A stretch of 64,000 nt of DNA from Gammaproteobacteria bacterium (GCA_963662545.2 CAXXLL010000002.1:160001-224000); one strand, 5' to 3'; positions 35,540 to 46,516 are shown, counted from the first letter of the stretch. Notes: generated from the sequence alone by a model not told the origin. Program-made: numbers and translations.

Positions 35540-36263
35540 GAAATACCTGTCCGTTGCGCTCGCCGCCGTGCTTCTGCTACCGGCTGCGGCGGCGGCACGG
35601 TGGTACCAGGTCGAGGTCGTCGTATTCCGACATCTCGAGGGGCTGAGCGCAGGCGGTGAAGCTTGGCCGGAACTTACAGATCTTCCCGAGTTCGGCCGCG
35701 CTATGGAATTGATCATCGATCTGCCCGAGATGTCCGACGAACCGCCGCCGCTGACAGAGGGTTTAGAAGCCGGACCGACTCCTATTGCATTCGAATTACT
35801 GAATAAAAAGGACCGCAAATTGAATGGCGTGGCGACTCGATTACGGAATAGTGGCGCGTATGAACCGCTGCTTTTCGCCGCCTGGCGTCAACCGAGTTTC
35901 GGCGTTGCGCGCGCCAAGCGGATTTATCTTTCTGACGTCTATCTCACGAGGCGCGGCCCGATCTTCACCGAATCAGATTCCGCGAACGGCGTTTCGGCCA
36001 TGGTGCCTCGTGCCGAGGGCGTGATCAGGGTCAAAGTCGGCCGTCTGCTCCATGTTGACGTGGACTTTCTTTATTACCATGAGGGTAGCCCGGTAAGACT
36101 GACCGAAACGCGCAAACTCAAACTACGGGAAATTCACTATTTCGATCACCCGCTGTTCGGCGTCATTCTTCAGGTATCCCCGTGGGTGCTGCCGCAGCTG
36201 GATCCGGAATCCGAGACCGATGGCCCTACAGAGGACCGGCTGTTAGACGAGGTCTCTTCGTAA
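35529..36263 (+). CDS. CsiV-family exported protein
   Basis: Signal peptide then WYQVEVVVFR; AWRQP; EIHYFDHPLFGVI; follows mfd. Confidence 0.8.
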   Translation: MLLKKYLSVALAAVLLLPAAAAARWYQVEVVVFRHLEGLSAGGEAWPELTDLPEFGRAMELIIDLPEMSDEPPPLTEGLEAGPTPIAFELLNKKDRKLNGVATRLRNSGAYEPLLFAAWRQPSFGVARAKRIYLSDVYLTRRGPIFTESDSANGVSAMVPRAEGVIRVKVGRLLHVDVDFLYYHEGSPVRLTETRKLKLREIHYFDHPLFGVILQVSPWVLPQLDPESETDGPTEDRLLDEVSS

Positions 36264-36270
36264 TCGGATC

Positions 36271-37011
36271 TCAGGCAAGCTTGCGGGTCAAAGCATCGAT
36301 TATTGAACGAAGCTTCACCATTCCTCGCGATAATTCACGCTCGATCGAAAGCATTGTGATCGGTTTAGAAGAACGGCCGGCGGCGGGATTGACGACGAGC
36401 GAGAGATTGGCGTAATCAATGCCGAGTTCGCGTGCGAGCGCGGCTTCCGGCATGCCCGTCATGCCGACGATGGTGCAGCCGTCTCGCTGCAGGCGATCGA
36501 TCTCCGCTGCGGTTTCGAGGCGCGGCCCCTGTGTCGTGCCGTATACCCCCGAGTCGAGCACCAGGACACCGGCCGATACTGCGGCCGCGACGAGTTTGGC
36601 ACGTAACGCGGAGGAATAGGGTTGAGCAAAGTCCACATGCTCCGGCCGCGGCTGGGAGCCATCGAAAAAAGTGTGTTCGCGATCACTGGTGTAATCGATC
36701 AACTGATCCGGGATGACCACGATCCCGGGTACGGCCTCGGTTGTGATACCGCCGACGGCCGCAGTGGCGACGATTGCTTCGGCGCCTAAATCGGCAAGCA
36801 CCCCGATATTTGCACGGTAATTAATTCGGTGAGGCGGTAGCTGATGCCCCGCGCCGTGCCGCGGCAGGAACAGCAATTCGACGCCGTTGAGCATGCTGGA
36901 CGTGACGGCGTCCGACGGCCTGCCCCAGGCGGTCATCATGCGGTGCGATTGGCCTGTTTCGAGCCCGGTAAATTCGTCGAGCCCACTACCGCCGATGACC
37001 GCGAGCTTCAT
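36271..37011 (-). CDS. S-methyl-5'-thioinosine / MTA phosphorylase
   Basis: AVIGGSG, RHGAGH, INYRANI, QGPRLETAAE, VGMTGMPEAALARE, VVNPAAG. Confidence 0.88.
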   Translation of the reverse strand: MKLAVIGGSGLDEFTGLETGQSHRMMTAWGRPSDAVTSSMLNGVELLFLPRHGAGHQLPPHRINYRANIGVLADLGAEAIVATAAVGGITTEAVPGIVVIPDQLIDYTSDREHTFFDGSQPRPEHVDFAQPYSSALRAKLVAAAVSAGVLVLDSGVYGTTQGPRLETAAEIDRLQRDGCTIVGMTGMPEAALARELGIDYANLSLVVNPAAGRSSKPITMLSIERELSRGMVKLRSIIDALTRKLA

Positions 37012-37571
37012 GCGGTCGTCTTGACGGCGAATATCCCGGCCGCATTGCGTAAATAAGTCTTGTAATCCATGCCGAATCCAAAAAGGTACTCGTCGGGCAG
37101 TGCCAGCCCGGAAAAATCCGTAGACTTAAGCCCCGCGCGGTTGCTGATATCTTTACTTACCAGTACGGCAGTCAACACTTTTTCGGCACCCAAACGCTCG
37201 CATTCGTCCACCACCGCCGCTAGCGTTATTCCGTGATCCAGCAGATCATCAATCACGAGTACGGTACGTCCTTTGACCGCCTCGGGCGGCTTCTTGATCC
37301 ACCGTAGGTCCCCGCCCGTCGTATCCATGCCATAGCGCGTCAGGTGCGTATAGTCGACTTGTAGCGGGAATTCGAGGCGCTGCAGAAGCATGGTCAGCGG
37401 CACGACGCCACCCGTCATTATGGCGAGCAGCAACGGATTGGCTTGGCTCAGATTTACGGTGATTTCGCGTGCCATGCGATCGACTGCGACGTTGATCTCC
37501 TCAGGAGCAGCCAGGCGGTGCGCGTTCGCACGCACCTCGCTTAGTTCCGGGGGAATACTCGGCTCATTCAT
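37008..37571 (-). CDS. hpt: Hypoxanthine-guanine phosphoribosyltransferase
   Basis: PRPP motif VLVIDDLLDHGITL, FGFGMDYK; ATG at 37571. Confidence 0.88.
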   Translation of the reverse strand: MNEPSIPPELSEVRANAHRLAAPEEINVAVDRMAREITVNLSQANPLLLAIMTGGVVPLTMLLQRLEFPLQVDYTHLTRYGMDTTGGDLRWIKKPPEAVKGRTVLVIDDLLDHGITLAAVVDECERLGAEKVLTAVLVSKDISNRAGLKSTDFSGLALPDEYLFGFGMDYKTYLRNAAGIFAVKTTA

Positions 37572-38439
37572 CGCATCGCCCCAGCGCCGTACGACCCGCC
37601 CAGTCACGGGCGAACTGATAAGCCGAGCGGCCGCTTCGAGATCCGTGAAGCAGCGCCCATTGCAGCGCAGCCTCGCGTACGGATTCAGATTCGAGTGAAT
37701 CGGCGCCAAGAACATTCAGCCAATGCATGGCGATGTCCAGGTATTTCTCCTGGTTTAGTGGATGAAAAGAAAGCCATATTCCGAATCGTTCAGACAGCGA
37801 GATCTTTTCTTCCACCGCTTCCGCTTGATGCAGTTCTCCGTCGACGATTCGAGCGCCCAGATTGTCGTTTTGATGTTCCGGCATGAGATGCCGGCGGTTG
37901 GAAGTCGCATAGATGACGATGTTTTCGGGGGTGTCCAATATCGATCCATCAAGCACCGATTTGAGCGCGCGGTAGGTCGCGTCGTTTTCGTCAAACGAAA
38001 GGTCGTCGCAATAGATCACGTAGCGTGATTCGGTGTCGTGAAGGCGGTCGACGATCTCGGGCAGATCGGTCAAATCCAGGCGATCGACTTCCACTAAATG
38101 GAGCCCCTCGGACGCGTAATCGTTTAACAGGGCTTTTACCAGCGATGACTTCCCCGTACCACGCGGGCCCCATAGAAGGGCGTTGTTAGCAGGCAGACCG
38201 GAGAGGAATTGTCGCGTATTGCGCACCAGGGCATCTTTCTGGCGGTCGATGTGCAGCAAGTCCGCGAGCGCGATGGGATTGAAACGCGTAATCGCCTGCA
38301 GCCGGCCACTGTGGCCGTTCGTCCTCCAGCGCCAGGCGATCGCATCTTCCAGTTCTTCGGCGCCAGATTGCGGTACTAATTGCTCGAGGCGATCGATGAG
38401 GTGTTCAGCCCGCTCGAAAAACTTGTCTGCCTTACTCAA
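37564..38439 (-). CDS. DUF815-type AAA+ ATPase
   Basis: NNALLWGPRGTGKSS, CDDLSF, YATSNRRHL, SLSERFG, RSGRSA; TTG start estimated. Confidence 0.88.
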   Translation of the reverse strand: MSKADKFFERAEHLIDRLEQLVPQSGAEELEDAIAWRWRTNGHSGRLQAITRFNPIALADLLHIDRQKDALVRNTRQFLSGLPANNALLWGPRGTGKSSLVKALLNDYASEGLHLVEVDRLDLTDLPEIVDRLHDTESRYVIYCDDLSFDENDATYRALKSVLDGSILDTPENIVIYATSNRRHLMPEHQNDNLGARIVDGELHQAEAVEEKISLSERFGIWLSFHPLNQEKYLDIAMHWLNVLGADSLESESVREAALQWALLHGSRSGRSAYQFARDWAGRTALGRCDE

Positions 38440-38584
38440 TTCAACGATCCGGGGAATAAAAACGGGAGCTATTCTACTTGATTGACACAAGAGGCGAGTT
38501 CGAGGCGTGCTAATCTGAGACCATGGATTCGGCAAGAGGGCGGTGCGACGGCACCGGTCAGGCTGGCGTAAGCCCGGCGTCTAA

Positions 38585-38627
38585 TAGAAGGTTGAAAAAC
38601 GGTTTCCCATCGTTTTTCAACAACCTG
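38585..38627. repeat. 43-bp inverted-repeat mini-element / hairpin behind cyaA
   Basis: 13-bp stem GTTGAAAAACGGT/ATCGTTTTTCAAC; flanked by CTAA direct repeats at 38581-38584 and 38628-38631. Confidence 0.6.
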
Positions 38628-38632
38628 CTAAC

Positions 38633-41500
38633 TTATGAAGCCATTGCAACCCGGCCGTCGCTGGCGGCCTCGCGATTTAGGGCGCGGGTCAATTGGATTT
38701 CAAATCGCTTCTTGTAGTTCAACAGATCTAAGGGCCTCAGCGATTGGGCGCCAATTTGTTGTCTAAAGCGGGTCGAAAGGTCAAGGTCGGTGATGTAGAT
38801 AGGGTAACGTAACCCATTGCGGCGCCGCGCTTGAACGTACTCCGCGACCTCTATGAACAGCGAACCGCCATGCTCCCAGGTCGAAAATTCCCTGTTATTG
38901 CAATAAATAGTGAACTGCTGGTGACCATTAGAATCGGCGTCCGCAAGAACCTGCAAAGGTAGGTAGGCCGAAGTCGCGGCCAGATCGTCAAAGTAGGGTT
39001 TCAGTTGTACATCGCGATTATTGGGGACGATTTCTACCGTATCGATCGCTATCTCATCAATGGAATCCCCTTCTCCAGGCGACCCCGAGCAACGGGGTAG
39101 GGCTGATTCCAGAAACCGACGGTAGTGTTGTAAAAGTGCAGTAATCGAATAGCATTCCTGCACCTGCACCAGCAGGACGCCGCGTTCATCCAGCACGTAA
39201 ACATCGGCCCGCGCGCCGCGCCGCTGGGCGAAGATCTGTACCCGACCTTCGCGGTTATATGCGTAAATATCGGGCAATATACCGGCCATGCGGCAGCTGG
39301 AATCGAAGTGAAGCTTGTTGAAGCGATCGTCACACGGCTCTCCAAGCACACTGATGAGCGTCGCGTGGCCATGGTGAACATCGACCTTTGGTTTGCCGTT
39401 GGGAATGCTGATTCGGTGGAGTTGGTTTTCTATCTCAATGATGAAATGGGGTGTGCTTCGGTTCGAGTTGGTCGCCAGAAATCCAAGCGCGTCGTTGAAG
39501 GTGGTCGATACTCTTTCTTCGATCGCGGCGGCGTGATCCGATGTAAAACAACGCGCATCGATTCGGGGTGCGGTGAAAAGATCGCCGTGAGTCGGCAACC
39601 ATTGCAGACACTCGGCCAACGCTTCCAGCAACGCATTGGCACCTTCGTAGTGAAAGCAGAAGGTTTCCGACCAACTTGTGGTAAACACCAGGTCAATACT
39701 TCGAACGAGGTTGATCCGCCGGCCACCGAACTGAAACGCATCCGTACGATCGCTGGTCAGTACGCCGCCCGCAAACAGGGAACCGGAGAATGGATTGACG
39801 CCGATGTTTGCCAGGATTATCGCGTTCGTCAACCGCGGACGCGCGCTGAATTCGTGAGGCGCTGCATCGGTTTGGTGATTCGCGAAACTCGATTCGAGTG
39901 CGTCGATGATGCGTTTGATTTCGGGCGGGCTGAGTGCGCTTTCGTGGGTGAACAGATGCCAAAGCGTGTGCGGGCCGATCAATCGGTTCATGTGGCACCA
40001 CACTAGTATATCGGCGGCGGAACCGGTGCGTTTCATCGGCCGGTGTTGGTTGATGTCCTCTGGTTTGACCAGGCCCGTATAGAGCATCCAGGCTAGTTTT
40101 CCGTTGCCGAGCGAAACCTGGTGCAGGGACAGGCTGGGCTCCTGGGGATTGCTGCAGAACCCGCGGGTGAGCACTTCGATCTTAGCTGGCTTTTTCTCGA
40201 ACGCGGCATAGAGTTTACGCCCCAGTACGTGCAGATCGTGCTCTGTAATCTTGCGGTCGGTCGAATGATTACGCGCGAATTTCGATAGGGCTGCGTAGCT
40301 GTCCTTCAACGTATTGATAAGATCGCGCCGCTCCTCTATCGCCGCGTCGATGCGCCATCGATCGCTTTGATTAAGGCGTGCGATCTTGCTGGGCGGCCAA
40401 GCCCAGGCGTCTGTCATGGCCGTGAGGACTTCCAGGCGCCAATCGTCGGCGCCCGTAGTCGCCCGTTCGCCTATTTTAAGATTTGTCTTGAGATAGAAAC
40501 TCCGACGCAAGACGTCCAGGCGAACGGGATCGTTTTTTGCCAAGAGATAATCTTCAACCTTCTTGTACATCAATATGTAAGGGTCAACTGCATTGATGTC
40601 GACGTCGGTGGACTCGATGTTGTTTTTGTAATGATGGCTTAACAGTGTGATGTTCGGGTATTCAGCCGCATATGCCTCCATCAGTAAAAGCTTTAAAACC
40701 GATTTGTAGGGCGATTGAATGCTCTTGTACAAGTGCCATACGGCGGCGCCGAAAAACTCCTCCGCGGGAATACTGGAAAGGCCGCCGAAGTCGATGTAAT
40801 CGCGACTGTCGATGAGGCGTCTTTCGAACGCGTCCCGGACGAAATCGTCGTAGTCGGCGTCCCTGCTGGAAGGGACTCGCCACCACAGGGGTTTCAAACC
40901 GGCGACGAGAAGGCTCGAACGGTAGAATTCGTCCAACAGAAGATAATGCTGCGAACTCCCACTCGATTCGCTCGAAAGCGAAAGCGTTTCGCCGCGCCTG
41001 AGGCTTTCCGCATCAAACACGAAGAAATGCACTTCGAGGCCGATGTCTTCCGCGAACTCTTCGATCTTTAGTGACTTCTCTTTCAATTGTTCGGTCGCCT
41101 GCGGTTCGAGATCGGGGTCATGGCAAAGCCACATATCGAGATCACTCGCGCGCGAATAAGCTATCGTTCCCGGACTACCCATCATGTATACGCCGCGAAT
41201 CGGCAGCTTGGGCGCCGAGCGCCGATCGTATTCAAATGAGCGGCAGATACGTCTTGCAGTGCGAAGGGTCGATGACGACGGCATGTAATCGCATATCCCG
41301 AACGGTGTCGTCTTCGAAATGTAGCCAGGAAGCAGCGGGTGATTGATGTGAAATAGCACGGGCAGGATGTCGAGAAAATCCCTCTGCCTCGGCGTCAGGT
41401 TGATTTCGACCCGCCGCAGCCGGTCGCGGTTGATTGTCAGGAAGCGCTTTTCAGTGGTTTCGGCAGCTGCGGTTCGGGAATGTTTCGCATTCGTCCTCAT
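38633..41500 (-). CDS. cyaA: Class I adenylate cyclase
   Basis: HINHPLLPGY, GVYMMGS, SDLDMWLCH, LLLDEFYRS, SPYKSVLKLLLME; ~950 aa. Confidence 0.93.
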   Translation of the reverse strand: MRTNAKHSRTAAAETTEKRFLTINRDRLRRVEINLTPRQRDFLDILPVLFHINHPLLPGYISKTTPFGICDYMPSSSTLRTARRICRSFEYDRRSAPKLPIRGVYMMGSPGTIAYSRASDLDMWLCHDPDLEPQATEQLKEKSLKIEEFAEDIGLEVHFFVFDAESLRRGETLSLSSESSGSSQHYLLLDEFYRSSLLVAGLKPLWWRVPSSRDADYDDFVRDAFERRLIDSRDYIDFGGLSSIPAEEFFGAAVWHLYKSIQSPYKSVLKLLLMEAYAAEYPNITLLSHHYKNNIESTDVDINAVDPYILMYKKVEDYLLAKNDPVRLDVLRRSFYLKTNLKIGERATTGADDWRLEVLTAMTDAWAWPPSKIARLNQSDRWRIDAAIEERRDLINTLKDSYAALSKFARNHSTDRKITEHDLHVLGRKLYAAFEKKPAKIEVLTRGFCSNPQEPSLSLHQVSLGNGKLAWMLYTGLVKPEDINQHRPMKRTGSAADILVWCHMNRLIGPHTLWHLFTHESALSPPEIKRIIDALESSFANHQTDAAPHEFSARPRLTNAIILANIGVNPFSGSLFAGGVLTSDRTDAFQFGGRRINLVRSIDLVFTTSWSETFCFHYEGANALLEALAECLQWLPTHGDLFTAPRIDARCFTSDHAAAIEERVSTTFNDALGFLATNSNRSTPHFIIEIENQLHRISIPNGKPKVDVHHGHATLISVLGEPCDDRFNKLHFDSSCRMAGILPDIYAYNREGRVQIFAQRRGARADVYVLDERGVLLVQVQECYSITALLQHYRRFLESALPRCSGSPGEGDSIDEIAIDTVEIVPNNRDVQLKPYFDDLAATSAYLPLQVLADADSNGHQQFTIYCNNREFSTWEHGGSLFIEVAEYVQARRRNGLRYPIYITDLDLSTRFRQQIGAQSLRPLDLLNYKKRFEIQLTRALNREAASDGRVAMAS

Positions 41501-41650
41501 GCCGTCTAATAGCGGCACCGCAGGTGATTTCTCCAGTGGCGGAGGGCTTCGGCCACATCATTTCGGCGCCCGTGGGTCAGCCGGATAATCCCTGTAAATT
41601 CAACGTGTTTGGATTGTGTCCGGTGGCACGATCGTAGATAATTTCAAGCG

Positions 41651-42907
41651 ATGTTTTCCCGCACCGAGACGATTGCTGATTTCGACCCGGATCTTGCGCA
41701 CGCACTGAACGACGAACGAATGCGCCAGGAGACGCACATCGAACTCATTGCATCCGAAAATCACGCGAGCCCCCGGGTGCTCGAGGCGGCGGCGACGGTT
41801 TTGACTAACAAGTACGCGGAAGGTTATCCCCGCAAGCGTTATTACGGCGGCTGCGAACATGTCGACGTTGTGGAACAACTGGCGATCGACCGTGCCATGG
41901 AATTATTCGGCGCAGCCTACGCCAATGTGCAACCGCACTCCGGATCGCAGGCCAACGGTGCGGTTTATCTCGCCTTGCTTGAGCCCGGCGACACGGTACT
42001 CGGTATGAGCCTGGCCGACGGTGGTCACCTGACCCACGGCGCCGCCGTCAATTTTTCGGGCCGGATTTATCGCTCTGTACAATATGGCTTGAATGCCGAT
42101 ACCGGTGAAATTGATTACGACGAAGTAGTGAAACTCGCCCGCGAGCATAAACCCGGCATGATCATGACGGGCTTCTCGGCTTATTCCAGGGTCGTGGACT
42201 GGGCACGATTTCGTGAAATCGCCGATGAAGTCGGCGCTTATCTCGTTGCGGATATCGCGCATGTGGCGGGGCTGGTCGCCGTGGGTTTGTACCCTTCTCC
42301 GATCGACCTAGCCGACATCACGACCACGACGACGCATAAGACCCTGCGTGGCCCACGCGGCGGATTGATCCTCGGACGGTCGAACGAGGAATTGGAGAAG
42401 AAGGTTAATTCCGCAGTCTTTCCAGGCCTGCAGGGTGGGCCGTTGATGCACATCATCGCGGCGAAGGCCGTGGCTTTAAAGGAGGCGATGGAGCCCGGCT
42501 TTCTAGGCTATCAGGAACAGGTGATTACAAACGCACGCGCGATGGCGGGCACGTTCATGAGCCGTTCCTACGAGGTCGTCTCAGGGGGCACGGACAATCA
42601 TCTGTTTCTCGTCGATCTGGTGGCCAAGGATATGACCGGTAAGGCTGCTGACGCGGCCCTCGGCGCCGCGCATATCACAGTGAACAAAAATGTCGTGCCC
42701 AATGATCCGCAATCCCCGTTCGTCACGAGCGGCATACGAATCGGCACGCCGGCGATGACAACTAGAGGATTTAATGAAAGCGATGCGGCGGAGGTCGCGG
42801 GTTGGATGTGCGATGTACTAGATGCCATCGACGACGAAAACGTAATCAGAAGGGTGCGCGGCAAGGTGGAAGAAATCTGCGCGCAGCACCCAGTATACGG
42901 CGATTAA
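41651..42907 (+). CDS. glyA: Serine hydroxymethyltransferase
   Basis: [29 protein letters not shown]. Confidence 0.98.
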   Translation: MFSRTETIADFDPDLAHALNDERMRQETHIELIASENHASPRVLEAAATVLTNKYAEGYPRKRYYGGCEHVDVVEQLAIDRAMELFGAAYANVQPHSGSQANGAVYLALLEPGDTVLGMSLADGGHLTHGAAVNFSGRIYRSVQYGLNADTGEIDYDEVVKLAREHKPGMIMTGFSAYSRVVDWARFREIADEVGAYLVADIAHVAGLVAVGLYPSPIDLADITTTTTHKTLRGPRGGLILGRSNEELEKKVNSAVFPGLQGGPLMHIIAAKAVALKEAMEPGFLGYQEQVITNARAMAGTFMSRSYEVVSGGTDNHLFLVDLVAKDMTGKAADAALGAAHITVNKNVVPNDPQSPFVTSGIRIGTPAMTTRGFNESDAAEVAGWMCDVLDAIDDENVIRRVRGKVEEICAQHPVYGD

Positions 42908-42961
42908 CTGTTGACCTATTTACTGGACACCTGCCCATTTAAGACGTTACGGATAACTTGA

Positions 42962-43480
42962 ATGCATTGCCCATTTTGTGAACATACCGATACTCGGGTA
43001 ATCGATTCCCGGCTTCTCGGTGACGGGGATCAAATTCGCCGGCGCCGCGAATGCCAGAGTTGTAAAGCACGATTTACAACCTACGAAACCGCTGAATTGA
43101 GCCTTCCTCGAATTGTTAAAAGCGATGGTCGCCGCGAGACTTTTAACGATGAAAAACTCCGCAGCGGAATTTTGAAGGCGCTCGAAAAACGACCGGTACC
43201 CATGGAGCGCGTCGAAGACGCGATCAATCAGGTTAAGCGCCGCATACGTGAAAGCGGTGAACGTGAAATCGATGCCGTTAAAATCGGTGAACTCGTCATG
43301 AATGCCCTGCGCGGCCTGGATCACGTTGCCTACGTGCGCTTCGCCTCCGTGTATCGGAGTTTCGAGGACGTACGCGCCTTTCTCGAAGAGATAGAGCAAC
43401 TCGAAAACGAACTGCCGCCCAATCTTCGCGATCAACAACTCGAATTGTTGAAAGCGGAAAAGCCGAAAAAACCCCGCTGA
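42962..43480 (+). CDS. nrdR: Transcriptional repressor NrdR
   Basis: [18 protein letters not shown] cone, AYVRFASVY. Confidence 0.97.
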   Translation: MHCPFCEHTDTRVIDSRLLGDGDQIRRRRECQSCKARFTTYETAELSLPRIVKSDGRRETFNDEKLRSGILKALEKRPVPMERVEDAINQVKRRIRESGEREIDAVKIGELVMNALRGLDHVAYVRFASVYRSFEDVRAFLEEIEQLENELPPNLRDQQLELLKAEKPKKPR

Positions 43481-43504
43481 AGCATTTCATCGGCGGAGCG
43501 CCGC

Positions 43505-44620
43505 ATGCGTGACAATCAGGACGAGCACTACATGGCGATCGCGCTCGAACTCGCGCGCGCCGGCCTCTATTCGGCTGCACCAAACCCGCGCGTGGGATGC
43601 GTGCTGGTCAACCACGGCGTCGAAATTGGCCGCGGTTACCATCGCCGAGCGGGTGCGCCACACGCGGAAGTCGAGGCGCTTACAAAGGCCGACGGCGATC
43701 CCCGCGGCGCGACCGCTTACGTGTCCCTGGAACCCTGCAACCATGCCGGACGCACCCCGCCCTGCACCGAAGCTCTGATCGATGCCGGCATTGCGCGCGT
43801 CGTCTACGCTGCAACCGATCCCAATCCCAGCGTGAACGGCCGCGGCGCCGAGCGTCTGCGAAATGCGGGCATCGAAGTGCTCGGCGGCATTCAAAGCAAC
43901 GAAGCGGCCGCGCTCAACCGCGGGTTTTTTTCGCGGATGCAAGATGGGCGTCCGTTTGTTCGTGTCAAAATCGCTATGAGCATGGATGCTTGCGTTGCTC
44001 TCGAGAACGGCGAGAGCCAGTGGATCACAGGCGAGCAGGCGCGCGCCGATGTACATCGTTTGCGAGCGGAGTCCTGTGCCATCGTGACGGGGATCGGCAC
44101 GGTACTGACCGACGATCCATCGCTGAATGTCCGCGACCATCGCTATGAATTACACGGCCGACATCCTCGACGCGTCGTTTTGGACGACCGGTTGCGTATG
44201 CCGGTGGACGCACGCATGTTATCGCTGGCCGGCGAGACCTGGATCTTTCACGGCGAAGGCGAAGCTGATAAAGCATCTAGCTTGTCGAATAAGGGTGCGC
44301 GCATCGAGGCCATTGCGTCCCACGGGGGACGCATTGATATCGAGACGCTGCTGGCGCGTCTGGGCGAACTCGAGATCAATGAACTCATGGTCGAAGCCGG
44401 ACCGACGCTGACCAGCGCTTTCATTACCGAAGGTCAATTCGATGAACTCGTTATTTACGTTGCGCCGAAGCTGCTCGGCAGATCGGGGCGCCGCGCGCTG
44501 GAAGTCGAATCCCCTGCCGATCTGGCACGGGCCAGGCAGTTTGACCTTGTGTCCTGCGAACCAATCGGCGATGACGTACGATGGATCCTGCGACCAAAGC
44601 CGGGCCGACAGCAAAGCTAA
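43505..44620 (+). CDS. ribD: Riboflavin deaminase/reductase
   Basis: PNPRVGC, HAE, LEPCNH...PPC, SQWITG, VEAG. Confidence 0.96.
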   Translation: MRDNQDEHYMAIALELARAGLYSAAPNPRVGCVLVNHGVEIGRGYHRRAGAPHAEVEALTKADGDPRGATAYVSLEPCNHAGRTPPCTEALIDAGIARVVYAATDPNPSVNGRGAERLRNAGIEVLGGIQSNEAAALNRGFFSRMQDGRPFVRVKIAMSMDACVALENGESQWITGEQARADVHRLRAESCAIVTGIGTVLTDDPSLNVRDHRYELHGRHPRRVVLDDRLRMPVDARMLSLAGETWIFHGEGEADKASSLSNKGARIEAIASHGGRIDIETLLARLGELEINELMVEAGPTLTSAFITEGQFDELVIYVAPKLLGRSGRRALEVESPADLARARQFDLVSCEPIGDDVRWILRPKPGRQQS

Positions 44621-44640
44621 CAGCGATTGATTTAGCACAT

Positions 44641-45303
44641 ATGTTTACAGGAATTATCGAAGCGACAGGCACGGTTGCACGGATGCATGCAAGGGGCGAT
44701 GCCATGCGGCTGCGCATCGATGCGGGATCGTTCGACCTGGGCGACGTTGCACTCGGCGATTCGATCGCGGTTTCAGGACCCTGCCTGACAGTGGTCGAGG
44801 TCGCGGACCACACGTTCGAGGTGGATGTATCGCCAGAGACGCTAGCGCGCACGACTCTCGGTCAGAAACACCCCGGCGATGGCGTCAACCTGGAAAAAGC
44901 ACTGCGTATGAGCGATCGCCTCGGCGGCCACCTCGTGAGTGGGCACATCGACGGAATCGGCACCGTGACCCGCCGCGAGTCGCGTGACGACTACGTTCGA
45001 TTCGTGACGCAGGTGGCGCCCGAGTTCGCCCCCTATATCGCTTCCAAGGGCTCCATTAGCATGGATGGCGTGAGTCTCACCGTGAACGATGCCGGCGATG
45101 CCTGCTTCGAGGTGTTGATCATCCCGCACACACTCGAGCATACGACGCTGGGTTCCTTGGGTGAAAGCGATTCAGTCAATATCGAAGTTGATCTGATCGC
45201 GCGATATATCGAGCGCCTCGTCAGCACTTCTAAAATCGGGAATGCAGACAGGGGCGCAACGCTTGAGAGTGCCATCGAGCGCGGCGCCTCCAAGCGAAGC
45301 TAA
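44641..45303 (+). CDS. ribE: Riboflavin synthase
   Basis: MFTGIIE N-terminus, GGHLVSGHID, DGVSLTVN. Confidence 0.96.
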   Translation: MFTGIIEATGTVARMHARGDAMRLRIDAGSFDLGDVALGDSIAVSGPCLTVVEVADHTFEVDVSPETLARTTLGQKHPGDGVNLEKALRMSDRLGGHLVSGHIDGIGTVTRRESRDDYVRFVTQVAPEFAPYIASKGSISMDGVSLTVNDAGDACFEVLIIPHTLEHTTLGSLGESDSVNIEVDLIARYIERLVSTSKIGNADRGATLESAIERGASKRS

Positions 45304-45371
45304 AAGGCCGACCGCCGCGGCGTAATCACACGTGAACAGCCGCGAGATGGCCCGATTCGCATTACGGACGA

Positions 45372-45377
45372 TATAAT
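45372..45377 (+). promoter_or_regulatory. Possible internal -10 box upstream of ribB
   Basis: TATAAT ~30 bp before the ATG; -35 weak. Confidence 0.3.
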
Positions 45378-45406
45378 CGCCGGACCACAAAGGCGTAATC
45401 CCTGCG

Positions 45407-46516
45407 ATGTCACTCAATACGACAAAGGAACTTATAGACGAGATTAGCGACGGCCGTATGGTGATCATCATGGACGATGAGGATCGCGAGAATGAAGGTG
45501 ATTTCGTCGTCGCCGCCGCGCACTGCACGGCCGAGCACATCAATTTCATGGCGCGGCACGGCCGCGGCCTGATCTGTATGACGCTGACGGAAGAACGCTG
45601 CCGGCGTCTCAACCTGCCGTTGATGGTGCAGGATACTTTCTATACTCATCGTACGAATTTCACCGTCTCGATCGAGGCCGCGCAAGGGGTTACGACGGGC
45701 ATCTCAGCGGGCGATCGGGCGCGCACGGTACAAGCAGCCGTTGCTCCTGATGCGGTCATTTCTGACCTGGTCCAACCCGGGCATATTTTTCCCCTGATGG
45801 CGCAGTCGGGCGGCGTGCTGACGCGTGCTGGGCATACCGAAGCAGGGTGCGACCTCGCCCGACTAGCAGGGCTCGAGCCGGCAGCCGTCATCGTCGAGAT
45901 TCTCAACGACGACGGTACGATGGCGCGGCGACCCGATCTCGAACGAATCGCGCAGGAGTTCGATCTCAAGATCGGAACGATCGCCGACTTGATACGATTT
46001 CGGATTGAAAATGAAAAAACGGTCACTCGCGTAGCAGACTCTGAGTTGCCGACGGAGTTCGGCGATTTTCATCTTTACGCCTATCAGGATGCCATTCGCG
46101 GTGATCTGCACATGGCCATGGTCAAGGGCGTCATCGATGCGGACAAACCAACTTTGGTGCGGGTGCACATTTATAATCCATTCGAGGATCTGACGGCGAG
46201 CGTCCGCCAGGACGCCGGCTGGCCGTTGCGGGATGCGCTACGTCGCGTGAATGACGCCGGCGAAGGCGTGATCGTCGTGCTCAGCAATCAGGTCACGAAC
46301 GAGGACCTGTTGCGACAGATCGAGCGGTTTCGGGAAGAAGACGCGCGCTCAGCCGACCGGTCGCGAGACAGCAACCCGATGGATTGGCGCCAATTCGGCC
46401 TCGGCGCGCAGATTTTGGTGGACCTGGGCGTACGCAAAATGCGGGTCATGAGTAATCCGCGCAAGTATCATGCGATCTCCGGCTTCGGCCTCGAAGTCGT
46501 CGAATATGTAACCTGA
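45407..46516 (+). CDS. ribB: DHBP synthase fused to a degenerate GTP cyclohydrolase II domain (RibBX type)
   Basis: [17 protein letters not shown]; the C-terminal RibA-like domain lacks the Zn-binding cysteines ([11 protein letters not shown]). Confidence 0.92.
   Translation: MSLNTTKELIDEISDGRMVIIMDDEDRENEGDFVVAAAHCTAEHINFMARHGRGLICMTLTEERCRRLNLPLMVQDTFYTHRTNFTVSIEAAQGVTTGISAGDRARTVQAAVAPDAVISDLVQPGHIFPLMAQSGGVLTRAGHTEAGCDLARLAGLEPAAVIVEILNDDGTMARRPDLERIAQEFDLKIGTIADLIRFRIENEKTVTRVADSELPTEFGDFHLYAYQDAIRGDLHMAMVKGVIDADKPTLVRVHIYNPFEDLTASVRQDAGWPLRDALRRVNDAGEGVIVVLSNQVTNEDLLRQIERFREEDARSADRSRDSNPMDWRQFGLGAQILVDLGVRKMRVMSNPRKYHAISGFGLEVVEYVT

Noticed and set aside
38482-38516. Canonical sigma70 promoter TTGACA…TAATCT
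   Set aside because: The 23-nt spacing is too long; only the extended -10 was kept as evidence.
45304-45406. FMN riboswitch upstream of ribB
   Set aside because: RFN consensus segments are absent and the spacer is too short.
46020-46516. Functional GTP cyclohydrolase II in the RibB fusion
   Set aside because: Zn-binding cysteines are absent; this is the known degenerate RibBX form, not novel.
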